From positions 145,702,001 through 145,766,000 of the forward strand of contig CM059431.1 in assembly GCA_030390025.1 (NCBI GenBank): 64,000 nucleotides of DNA. Direction: 5' to 3'. Within the stretch, counting starts at the first letter, position 1. Each line of letters begins with the position of its first letter. The notes beneath the pieces are model-generated. The model worked only from the letters and a program-made list of their open reading frames with translations, made no database searches and had not been told where the DNA came from. This document shows positions 1-10,102 of this stretch, piece by piece. This DNA comes from Squalus acanthias (lineage: Eukaryota). A program made the position numbers and the translations under genes.

Positions 1-785
1 TTGAGTACTCGATAGTCTACTGTGGCCCTCCAGGATTTATCTGGTTTTCTAACCGGCCACAGTGGGGAGTTCACATGGGTAACTATAGATCTCAATATCC
101 CCTGCTTGACTAAAGAAGTCAAAGCCGTTTCCAAGTCTGTCTAAGCTTCCCTGGGGAAGTTATACTGCTTTTGTGGGCGGTTCATGGGGTCCCCACTGAC
201 ACTAACCTCGACCCCGGTTACACTCCCACAGTCGTGCTTGTGAGTGGCAAATGCTGCGAGGTTTTCCGGCACAAATGCCTGGTACTCCCTTGGAGTGTGA
301 CTGACCATGAGTTCTAGGTCGTAACCATCCTTTGGTTTTACTGTGCACAAGGTCCCCTTGCCTTGTGCCTCCGGGATGACTGCTACCTCACTACTATTTT
401 GGGTACATGCTCCCCATAGACAGTGGTTCCTTAAATCCACTAAAATCCTGTGGCCTGTGATAAAGTCGGCCCCCAGGATCCCCTTCCCTTCTTGCTCCCA
501 CTTCATTAGGACACAGGTCCACTTGGTGTGGAGCGTTCACAAATGAATGGACAGCGGGATGGAGAATGAGCCAGCCTGCTCGTTACCTGTGAATCCCACT
601 AGGCTGCACGGGACCCCGTTATACAGAGGTGAATTGGCTGGGTTATCTGAATAAATGAGGGTGCTCGAAGCTCCTGTGTCTAACAGATAGTTCCCTTCTA
701 CCTTTTCTACCTCCATCTTAACATGCGGTATCTTCCAGGCATCATACTCGAGGGGACACAGGTAGACCGGCTGTGCTAGCTCCAG
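1..785 (-). pseudogene. pol: pro / N-terminal pol of copy A (aspartic protease and RT start), disrupted
   Basis: Minus frame LELAQPVYLCPLEYDAWKIPHVKMEVEKVEGNYLLDTGASST...HL*TLHTKWTCVLMKWEQEGKGILGADF; internal stops. Confidence 0.88.
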
Positions 786-2606
786 TCATGCCTCTGGGTT
801 GAATGGGGCAGATGGGATCAGAGCGCCAGTGGCTGTAGCCACCTTCCCTGGGCCACAAACAGGACTCTGATGGCCACTACTATTATGTCCAGTGTGAGGG
901 AAGACGTCGGAGCCTCTACTTTTGGGGCAGGAGTTGGGGACTTCTTTGCTAGGCTCTCCTTCCAGGGATTCCTACAGTCCTTTCTCCAGTGCCCAGTCTT
1001 CCCGCACCCGAAGCAGCTACGCTTCGTGTCGGAAGGTTTACCACCTTCCTGGTGCCACTCCTTCTTATCCTGACTGGGCTTTATCTCATGCACCTTCCCT
1101 TTCGGTGGGGTGTCTTCATCTCCCCTAACGTTCCAGTAGGCTAGTGTCAGTTGCCTGACCACTGCCTCCTCGGTGACCCGGGGCTATCTTGGGTCAAACC
1201 AAAGCTCAGCCTTGGCTTTGACTCGTGGCAAGCTGTTTGCCACTACTCTACGGAGCCAGTGGGCCAGCTCGTCCCGGTTCAGGTAAGCCCTGTCGAGAGC
1301 CCCATTACAAGCACCCCTGTACACCGGCCACAGCCTGTCTGCGAAAACCTGTTGGGTCTCCCCTGCGAGCTGCACTGTTTTCTCCACCCGGGAGAAAGGA
1401 CATCCCTCAGTCATTCCCATGGCCTCTAATACTTCCTCCCTGAAGGCAGCATACCCGGTCTGTCCTCCCTTGCTCTCAGTAGAGAGTGACTGGTACAATT
1501 TGCCATCTAATGAGAACAAGAGCAATTTTGCCATATCGGCATCGTCAATCGTTAATGGCTCCTGATTGTTCCACCTCCATGAAGTGGACTGAGGGGTCTT
1601 CCTTTTGGGTAAGTTTACTCAGGTGGCTTACCATAGCCCTAAGCTGTTGTGTACCGTGGGGAGCCAAGAATTGACTTTCAAGGGGTCCCTGACCTCCACC
1701 ACCGGCGTGCGGGCCGAATTTTTGCTGTCGTGCTGGGCACATTGGCCCTGGCTCCGACTTCTCGTGCATCGATTCGCCCCCCTCTCCCTGCTGCCAGAAC
1801 GAGTCAAAACTCGGCGCCACAGGTGCTGGTGTGCACTCCCTGTCAGCCTCACAGATTGACTGCACCTCCTGCTGCCTAACCAAGCTTCTCCTTGGCGCCA
1901 CAGGTGGTGGTCGAACAGTCTCCCCCTGCTCTTCCAGGTCTGACCTGGCCGCACCCGGACTTATCAGGCACAGCATGCCTTTCGTCTTGGACAGAGCAAG
2001 GTTCAGACTCTCAATCTGCTTCTGACAGGGGCCGTGGTCCCCTACCTCAAACTCCCTTGTACTGGCTACTCTATAGGCTGCCTGAACATCGTTTAACTTC
2101 TCTGTGAGTTCCCTTAATTGCTTGGCAAGGCGGGTGTTCACTTCGCGCAATGCCAGTTCACTACTTTTGGCCTCGGTGGCCTGACACTGGAGGTATCCCT
2201 TACTGGCACTGTGTTCCTCCAGCATCTGTGACTGTTCCTGATCTTTTATGCCGAGCTCTGCTAACAACCTATCCCCTGCTATAGCTCTGGCACGGGACAG
2301 TTGGCTTTCTTCCTTTAGCTCTTCTGTGAGAGCCTGAATGCGCTTCCCCATAAGCTGCATTTGTTTCTGGGAGCAGACCAACCATATGGCTTTCTCCAAA
2401 GACTTAGAGTATTCTATGCTCTCAGTCCATGCAGCTGCATCGTCCATAAGACGTTCAGCATGCAATAGCCTGAGGACCCATTTCTTGGTGATATTTACTT
2501 TTTTATATACACAGGATGACATCCTCTCTTCCATTTTTGTTCTCTCCTCAAAACCAGCTTTTACTGCTTCACAAGCCTTTCGCCAAAGTACTGCCGCGGT
2601 CGCCAT
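786..2606 (-). pseudogene. gag: gag of copy A (coiled-coil N-terminus, capsid-like middle, CCHC nucleocapsid, C-terminal PSAP)
   Basis: ORF pieces 1545-2606, 1184-1534 and 818-1162; zinc knuckle CX2CX4HX4C; a shifted frame gives ALIPSAPFNPEA* ending at TGA 786-788. Confidence 0.88.
2591..2605 (-). promoter_or_regulatory. Primer binding site, tRNA-Arg(TCG)
   Basis: Minus strand TGGCGACCGCGGCAG starts 3 nt inside the LTR; the plus strand CTGCCGCGGTCGCCA matches the 3' end of vertebrate tRNA-Arg-TCG plus CCA as I recall it. Confidence 0.85.
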
Positions 2607-2608
2607 TA

Positions 2609-3744
2609 TGTAAGGGGTATCTTAAGTGAGCGGTTCGAATCGACCAACACCCCTCCGGTTCCTAGACTTTGTGCTTATTTAGGGATTGTGAACAAAATTG
2701 CAGTAAACAGGTTCTGATGAAAGAAATTTACTTTATTGAAAGAAAAAGGTAACAAACTTGAAACACACTTATTACTTAAAACACAGATTCGGGGAACACA
2801 CGGTACAAGCGAGGGAAATGACAATATATCAAACAAAACCTTATCCCTCCCAAATAACTCACTATCTGGCTAGGATTTTGGTTTCAGGAGATCAGGGATA
2901 ATGCTCACCATCGAGTCCTTGACAGGATATTAGAGTCTTTTTTTTTAAAAGGACTCCGTAAGGCCCTTGGTGCTGCGAGGTGTCTGATGGCCACTGCGGC
3001 AGTTGCTCTGGTTTCTTCTTGCGTGCTGATCTCCTGGCCTCCTTCCTCGTGGCTTGTGGTAAGTTTTGCTGGAGCAGGGAGAGAGAGCTGTGTTTGCGTG
3101 GTCAGTCATCCTGAAAAGAGAGAGATTATGGCCCAGGCTTTCAAATTATACTGTATCCTTTTTCGCGCTCAAAACCCCTTACTAAAACGAATTCCTTTTT
3201 GAATGTAAATGACCCTTTGTCTCGTTTTTGGCGGGCTGGCCAGCTCCGATGGTTTTTGCTTAGTGTTAATCGCTTTCCGATTTAAACACCGCCTTATCTA
3301 CGCGCCAAATCTTCACTCTATTGTCCTTCTGTTGGCGGGCTTTTAAAACTTTTCTCTGGATACCTGGTTGATTGTTTTTTTGGATGGGATAATGGCTATG
3401 AAACTGTGTGATCGGTTTTATATTGTCATTGAATCGTTTTTAGATTTCCAGCATTTTGTTTGCCCCTGGGGATCCATATTTGAATGTGTTTGTGAGTTTT
3501 TTTTGGTCGACAGTTTATTGCACTGCCTGGCCACGCCCCTCTGCAGCCTGTGTGTCTGTGGAGGCGTCTTTCCCCAGTAAGATTCGAAAAGTCAGTTTCC
3601 TCAGGTTTTCTTCTTGTGATCTTTAGGTTTTTACATCAAATCACTTCACTGAGGTCCCATCATCCCTTAGTTTGTATGAAAAGTCCAAAAATCACTCCCT
3701 TTAGGGCTCTGTTCGAGTTTCTGGGGGATTTTGCGAAGCCTACA
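2609..3744 (-). repeat. 5' LTR (~1136 bp)
   Basis: TGTAAGG...GCCTACA ends; direct repeat of 55070-56163; minus-strand AATAAA at 2732-2737; abuts the PBS. Confidence 0.93.
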
Positions 3745-4850
3745 GCCATTAAAGTCAGAGCAGAGTCACCACCAGTAATGTCAGTGTAGGGTCAGCGCCA
3801 TTAATGTCAGAGTAGAATCACCACCAGTAATGATAGAGTAGGGTCACGACCAGTAATGTTCGACCAGGTTCACCAACAGTAATGTTAGAGTAGTTTCAAC
3901 ACCAGTAACGATAGAGTAGGGTCACCACCGGTTATGTTAGGGCAGGATAAACAACAGTAAGGTTAGAGTTGAGTCACCACCAATAATGTACGAATAGTGA
4001 CACCTTCAGTAATGTTAGAGTAGAGTTACCAGCAGAAATGTTAGAGTAAAGTAAGCCACCAGTAATGTTAGAGTGGGGCATCACCAGTAATGTTACAGAA
4101 GGATCACTACCATTTATGTTACTGTAGGATCACCATCAGTCACGTTATCATAGAGTCATCACCAGTAATGTTAAAGTAGGGTCACCACTTGGAATGGTAG
4201 AGGAGGGTCACAGTCAGTTGTGTTAGAGTAGGGTCAGTAATAGTAATGTTAAACCAGGGACACCACAAGTATTGTTAGATAGTTTCGCCACTAGTAACGT
4301 TAGATTGAAGTCATTACCAGTAATGTTAGAGTAGGATCACCGCCAATAATATTAGAGTGGTGTCAACAACAGTAATGTTAGAGTAGGGTCACCACCAGTA
4401 ATGATAGAGTAGTTTCACCATCAGTAACGTTACAGTAGGGTCACCACCAGTAATGTTAGAGTAGGGTCACCACTGGTAATATTAGAGTAGGGTCACCACC
4501 AATAATATTAGAGTAGGATCACCAAAAGTAATATTAGAGCAGGGTCACCACCAGTAATGTTAGAGTAGGTTCACCAAATGTAATGTTAGAGTAGAGCGAA
4601 CACCAGTAATGTTAGAGTAGGAACACCATCAGTAATGTTAGAGTTGGCTCAACACCAAGAATAACAGAGTGGGGTTAACACCATTAATGTTGGAGTAGTT
4701 TCACCACCAATAATGTTGAAGTAGGGTCACCAACAGCAATGACAGAGTAGGGTCACAATAAGTTCAGTTAGAGTAGGGTCACCAACAGTAATGTTAATTC
4801 ACGATCACCACCAGTAATGTTGGAGAATGGTCACCATCAGTAGTGTTAAA
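3745..4850 (+). repeat. 26-bp satellite array (CACCAGTAATGTTAGAGTAGGGTCAC)n, diverged
   Basis: Tandem 26-nt units visible directly. Confidence 0.95.
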
Positions 4851-5261
4851 CGCATCTTCCCCTTTGCTTCCCTTTCAGCATTCCGTAGGGACCGCTCCCT
4901 CTGCAACATGGTGCAGATCGGAACAAAGTGTTAAGCTGCGAGTTTGGTGAGTGAGGGAGTGAATCTTAAAGGTCAATCTCTTGTTTTTATATACAATCTT
5001 GTCTTGTATGCTTGCAATGAGCATTTAACATAAATTGAAATGTACTCTTTCAAGTTTTAAGTTTCTTCCAGGCTTGGGCAGGGCTAAGCAAGCTCTATGC
5101 TGGAGAGCAGGTGAGAGCAATTAATTAATTAACTCGTCTAATCTGGTTCTGTAACTGCCAGAGAGCTCACTTACTTAAATTTCAGCAGTATAAATAAGGG
5201 AAGCTAGAGTGCTTTATGTCACGGAGTGCAGATCGGAACACAGTGGTAAGCTGCTAGTTTG

Positions 5262-5374
5262 GTGAGTGAGTGAGTGAGTGAGTGAGTGAGTGAGTGAGTG
5301 AGTGAGTGAGTGAGTGAGTGAGTGAGTGAGTGAGTGAGTGAGTGAGTGAGTGAGTGAGTGAGTGAGTGAGTGAG
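5262..5374 (+). repeat. (GTGA)n microsatellite in the CR1 5'UTR
   Basis: About 28 perfect tetramer units. Confidence 0.97.
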
Positions 5375-5630
5375 GGGAGTGAGGTGTTCCTTTCTTTCTC
5401 TATCTTTCTCTATCTTTGTCAGCTTCCAGGAGAGCAGGCGCTAAAAAGCTGCACAAGAGGGGACAGAGAACCTGCGGTGAGTATTTCTACAGTATTTCTA
5501 CATTCCAGTAGCTAAAGTAAAAGTAAGGTCTCTAGTTTAGAGTAAGTAGTGTTTCAAGGGAATAAGGTTCCTAGTGTATTTAATATTCTTTAATTTAAAG
5601 GCAGTAAATGGTGTAAATTAAGGGTAGGAC

Positions 5631-6566
5631 ATGGCAGGGCAGCTCGGCAGCCTGGAGTCCTCCTCCTGTGCTATGTTGGAATTCAGCGAAACTTTAGGTG
5701 TCCAGGGCGAACACATGTGCAGGAAGTGTCTCCAGCTGCAGCTACTCGAAATCCGTGTTTCGGAGCTGGAGCTCCGGCTGGAGTCACTGTGGAGCATCCG
5801 GAAGCTGAGATCTTCGTGGATAGCACGTTTAACAAGATGGTTCACATTGCAGGTAAAGAGTGCACAGGCAGACAGGGAATGGGTGACCGCCAGAGAGAGT
5901 AAAAGAACTGGGAAGGTAGTGCAGGAGTCCTCTGCGTACATCTTCCTCTCAAACAGATTTTCCTTTTTGGATACTGCGGGGGGAGATGGTTTCTCAGGGG
6001 AATGCAGCAGGAGCCAAGTCTGTGGCACTACGAGTGGCTCAGCTGCACAAGAGGGGAGGAAAAAGTGTGGGAGAGCAATAGTGACAGGGGATTCTATCGT
6101 AAGGGGAACAGATAGACGTTTCTGTGGCCGCAGACGTGACTCCAGGATGGTATGTTGCCTCCCTGGTGCCAGGGTCAAGGATGTCACTGAACGGCTGCAG
6201 GGCATTCTGAAGGGGGAGGGCGAACCGTCAGAGGTCGTGGTTCACATTGGTACCAACGACATGGGTAGAAAGAGGGATGAGGTCCTGCTACAAGTATTTA
6301 GGGAGCTAGGTGGCAGATTAAAAAGCAATACCTCAAATGTTGTAATCTCTGGATTACTCCCGGTGCCACGTGCGAGTGAGTATAGGAATAGGACGATAGA
6401 GCAGATGAGTGCGTGGCTAAAGAGTTGGTGCAGGAGGGAGGGCTTTAGTTTCCTGGATCACTGGGTCTGCTTCTGTGGAAGGTGGGACCTGTACAAGTCG
6501 GACGGGTTACACCCGAACCGGAACGGGACCAACATCCTTGCGTGGAGGTTTGCTAGTACTGTTTAA
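5631..6566 (+). CDS. CR1 ORF1: Cys/leucine-zipper N-terminus plus SGNH/GDSL esterase domain
   Basis: CRKCLQLQLLEIRVSELE, GDSIVRG, HIGTND, DGLHPN motifs. Confidence 0.88.
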   Translation: MAGQLGSLESSSCAMLEFSETLGVQGEHMCRKCLQLQLLEIRVSELELRLESLWSIRKLRSSWIARLTRWFTLQVKSAQADREWVTARESKRTGKVVQESSAYIFLSNRFSFLDTAGGDGFSGECSRSQVCGTTSGSAAQEGRKKCGRAIVTGDSIVRGTDRRFCGRRRDSRMVCCLPGARVKDVTERLQGILKGEGEPSEVVVHIGTNDMGRKRDEVLLQVFRELGGRLKSNTSNVVISGLLPVPRASEYRNRTIEQMSAWLKSWCRREGFSFLDHWVCFCGRWDLYKSDGLHPNRNGTNILAWRFASTV

Positions 6567-6699
6567 GGGCGGTGGTTTAAACTAACTTGGCAGAGGGATG
6601 GGAAACGGAGTGGAGCTATAGTAGGGGTTGATGCACAGCCAAATATAGAGGGAAAAACAAGTCAGCCTGGAAGGCAGAACAAATATGTAACGGCAAAAG

Positions 6700-9513
6700 G
6701 AGTATGACAAGGCTGGATGGCATTTATTTTGATTCAAGGAGTCTTGCGAGTAAGGCAGATGAAGTGAAGCTGTTGATGAGCACATGGGAGTATGATATTG
6801 TTGCTATCACAGAGACATGGTTGAAGGAGGGGCAGGACAGCTAGCTCAATATTCCGGGGTATAGAATCTTCAGGCGAGACAAAGGGGGGCGTAAAAGAGG
6901 TGGAGGTGTCGCAATATTAATCAAGGAGTCAATTACTGCTGTAAGGAGGGATGATATCTTCGCAGGTTCCTCTAATGAGGCCATATGGGTAGAACTTAAA
7001 AACAAAAAGTGGGCAAGCACTTTGCTGGGAGTGTACTATAGGCCCCCAAATAGTCTGGGGAGATAGAGGAACAGATATGTAAGCAATTCTCAGAGAAGTG
7101 TCGAAATAATAGGTTAATAATATTAGGGGATTTCAACTTCCCCAATATTGAGTGGGATAGTCAGGGTGTGAAATGCTTAGAGGGTGCGGAATTGTTAAAG
7201 TGAATCCAGGAGAGCTTTTTGAGCCAGCATGTAGAAAGTCCTGCAAGAGAGGGGGCGGTACTGGACCTAATTCTAGGGAATGCAGCCGGGCAAGTGGTCG
7301 AAGTGACAGTAGGAGAGCATTTTGGTGAGAGTGAGCGTAATTCGACGAGATTTAAGGTTGTCATGGAAAAGGACAAAGATGGACGGAAATAAAGGTTCTA
7401 AATTGGGGGAAGGCCGATTGTAATATGATAAGGCAGGATCTGGCCAAAGTGGACTGGGATCAGCTACTTGTAGGAAAATCCACATCAGAGCAGTGGGAGT
7501 CTTTCAGAAAGGAAATAGAGTGAGTACAACGCCAACATGCTCCCGCAAAGGTCACGGGTGGGAACAACAAGCCCAGGGAACCCTGGATGTAAAGGGATAT
7601 ACAAGAATGGATTAGGAATAGAACGGAGGCTTTTGCCAGATACAAAGGACTAAAAACAGTGGAAGCCCTAGAGGAGTATAGAAAGTGCAGGGGGGTACTT
7701 AAAATTAAATTAGGAGAGCGAAGAGGGAGCATGAAAAAACACTGGCGGGCAAAAGAAAGGAAAATCCCAAGGTGTTTTACAAGTATATTAAGGACAAGAG
7801 GATAACCAGGGAAAGAGTAGGGCCCATTAGGGACAAAAGTGGCAATCTGTTTGTAGAGTCGGAAGATGTAGGTGAGGTTTTAAATGAATATTTTGCATCT
7901 GTGTTCACTATGGAGAAGGACGATGTAGGCATAGAAATCAGGCAGGCGGATTGTGATATACGTGAACAAATTAGTATTGAGAGGGAGGAGATACTAGCGG
8001 TTTTAGCGGGCTTAAAGGTGGATAAATCCCCAGGCCCAGACGAGATATATCCCAGGCTGCTGTGTGAGGCAAGGGAAGAGATTGCAGGTGCTCTGACCCA
8101 AATTTTCATAACCTCTCTGGCCACAGGGGAGGTGCCAGAGGACTGGAGCACAGATAACGTAGTACAATTATTCAAGAAGTGTAGTAGGGATAAACCAGGG
8201 AATTACAGGCCAGTGTGCCTAACAATAATGGTAGGAAAATTATTGGAAAAAATTCTGAGGGACAGAATTAGTCTCCACTTGGAGAGGCAAGGATCAAACA
8301 AGGATAGTCAGCATGGCTTTGTCAGGGGGAGATCATGTCTGACCAATTTGATTGAATTTTTCGAGGAGGTGACTAGGTGTCTGGATGAGGGTAGTGCAGC
8401 TGATGTGGTCTACATGGACTTCAGTAAGGCTTTCGTCAAAGTCCCGCATGGGAGACTGGTCAAGAAGGAAAGAGCCCATGGGTTCCAGGGCACCTTGGCA
8501 AATTGGATCCAAATTGGCTTATTGGCAGGATGCGGTTGGTGTTGGTCGAAGGTTATTTTTGTGACTGGAAGCCTGTGTCCAGTAGTGTACCGCAGGGATC
8601 GGTGCTGGGTCCTTTGCTGTTTGTAGTGTACATTAATGATTTAGATATGAATATAGGAGGTATGATCAGTAAGTTCGCAGATGACACGAAAATTGGTGAA
8701 GTGATAAATAGCGAGGAGGGAAGCCTCAGGCTACAGGACGATATAGACGGGTTGATTCGATGGGCAGAAGAGTGGCAAATGGAATTTAACCCTGAAAAGT
8801 GTGAGGTGATGCATTTTGGGGGGACTAACAAGGCAAGGGAATACAGAATGAATGGTAGGACCCTAGGAAGGACAGAGGATCAAAGGGACCTTGGTGTGCA
8901 TGTACATAGATCCCTGAAGTCAGCAAGTCAGTTAGATAAGTTGGTTAAAAAGGCATATGGGATACTTGCCTTCATTAGCCGAGGCATAGAATATAAGAGC
9001 AGGGAGGTTATGATGGAGCTGTACAAAACGCTGATTAGGCCACAGCTGGAATATTGTGTGCAGTTCTGGTTGCCACTCGATAGGAAGGATGTGATTGCAT
9101 TGGAGAGGGTGCAGAGGAGATTCACCAGGATGTTACCTGGGCTGGAGCGCTTCAGCTATGAAGAGGGACTGGTCAGGGTGGGGTTGTTCTCCTTAGAGCA
9201 GAGAAAGCTGAGGGGGGACCTGATTGAGGTGTACAAAATTATGAGGGGCATATAGATGGTAGTTATAAAGGAACGTTTCCCCTTAGTAGAGGGGTCAATA
9301 ACCAGGGGGCATGGTTTCAAGGTAAGGGGCAGGAGGTTTAGAGGGGATTTCCGGAAAAACTTTTTCACCCAGAGGGTGGTTGGAATCTGGAACTCACTGC
9401 CTGAAAGGATGGTAGAGGCAGGAATCCTCACAACATTCAAGAAGCATTTAGATGAGCACTTGAAACGCCATAGCATACAAGGCTACGGACCAAGTGCTGG
9501 AAAATGGGATTAG
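6700..9513 (+). pseudogene. CR1 ORF2 (APE endonuclease + RT), frameshifted
   Basis: ORF pieces 7772-8626, 8503-9255 and 9256-9513 with KSPGPD, NYRPV, QHGF, FADD. Confidence 0.9.
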
Positions 9514-9600
9514 AATAGACAGGGCTTCATGGCCGGCACGGACACAATGGGCCGAAGAGCCTCTTTCTGTGCTGTATAACGCAATGACTATGACTCTATG

Positions 9601-10085
9601 ACACCCTAGTCTACTCCTCTAGTCACTTCACAGCCCTCTGGACTCAACATAGAGTTCAACAATTTCAGATAATATCCTCAGCCCCTATCATTTATATATA
9701 TATTTTTTTATCCAGACTCTTTGTCTGTCTTTTTTTTCTTCTCCCCCACATGGCAACTGTCTTTCATTCTGCCAGCGCAATTTACACTTCACCTAGAGTC
9801 ATCCTTTGTTTCTTAACCTGTCCCATTACCATCTCCTTTTGCCTTTAAAATCTCTTAATGTCTCTTAACCTCTTCCATCCTTCTATCCTATCACAGATCT
9901 TCCCTTTTGTTCTTTCATCCGCTCGCCACTTTCCCAGCCTCTACACTTGCTTAAAAATCTGTTCAATTTTCTGCTTTATTCCAGTTGTGACGAAAGGTCA
10001 TCGACCTGAAACGTTAACTCTGTTTATCTCTTCACAGATGCTGCCTGACCTGCTGAGTTCCTCCAGCTTTTTCTGTTTTTATACC
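9601..10085 (+). mobile_element. Penelope-like element remnant (terminal part), continuous with 4851-4907 across the CR1 insertion
   Basis: GGGACCGCTCCCTCTGCAAC|ACCCTAGTC junction; terminal GAAACGTTAACTCTGTT...CCTGACCTGCTGAGT sequence recurs at 43200-43320. Confidence 0.6.
9983..10019 (+). ncRNA. Degenerate minimal hammerhead ribozyme (Penelope-associated)
   Basis: AGTT-GTGACGA-A-AGGTC-atc-GACCT-GAAAC-GTT-AACT: stems I and II and GAAA box present; first C of CUGANGA mutated to G. Confidence 0.55.
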
Positions 10086-10102
10086 AGTAAATTAATCATT
10101 GG

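Larger units (their letters stand above)
1..3744 (-). mobile_element. Endogenous retrovirus-like LTR element, copy A (5' LTR, PBS, gag, pro, start of RT; runs off the left edge)
   Basis: LTR at 2609-3744, PBS at 2591-2605, Gag CCHC CFGCGKTGHWRKDC, protease YLLDTGASS and GILGADF, RT start NSPLWPVRKPDKSWRATVDYR. Confidence 0.93.
4908..9600 (+). mobile_element. Near full-length CR1 LINE (5'UTR, ORF1, ORF2, 3' microsatellite tail)
   Basis: ORF1 esterase, APE motifs (ITETW, GDFNFP), RT motifs (VPQGSVLGP, FADDTK), tail GACTATGACTCTATG; splits a Penelope-like fragment (4851-4907 / 9601-10085). Confidence 0.93.

Noticed and set aside
5618..9476. Antisense ORFs over the LINEs and pol
   Set aside because: Shadow ORFs of the sense-strand coding sequences
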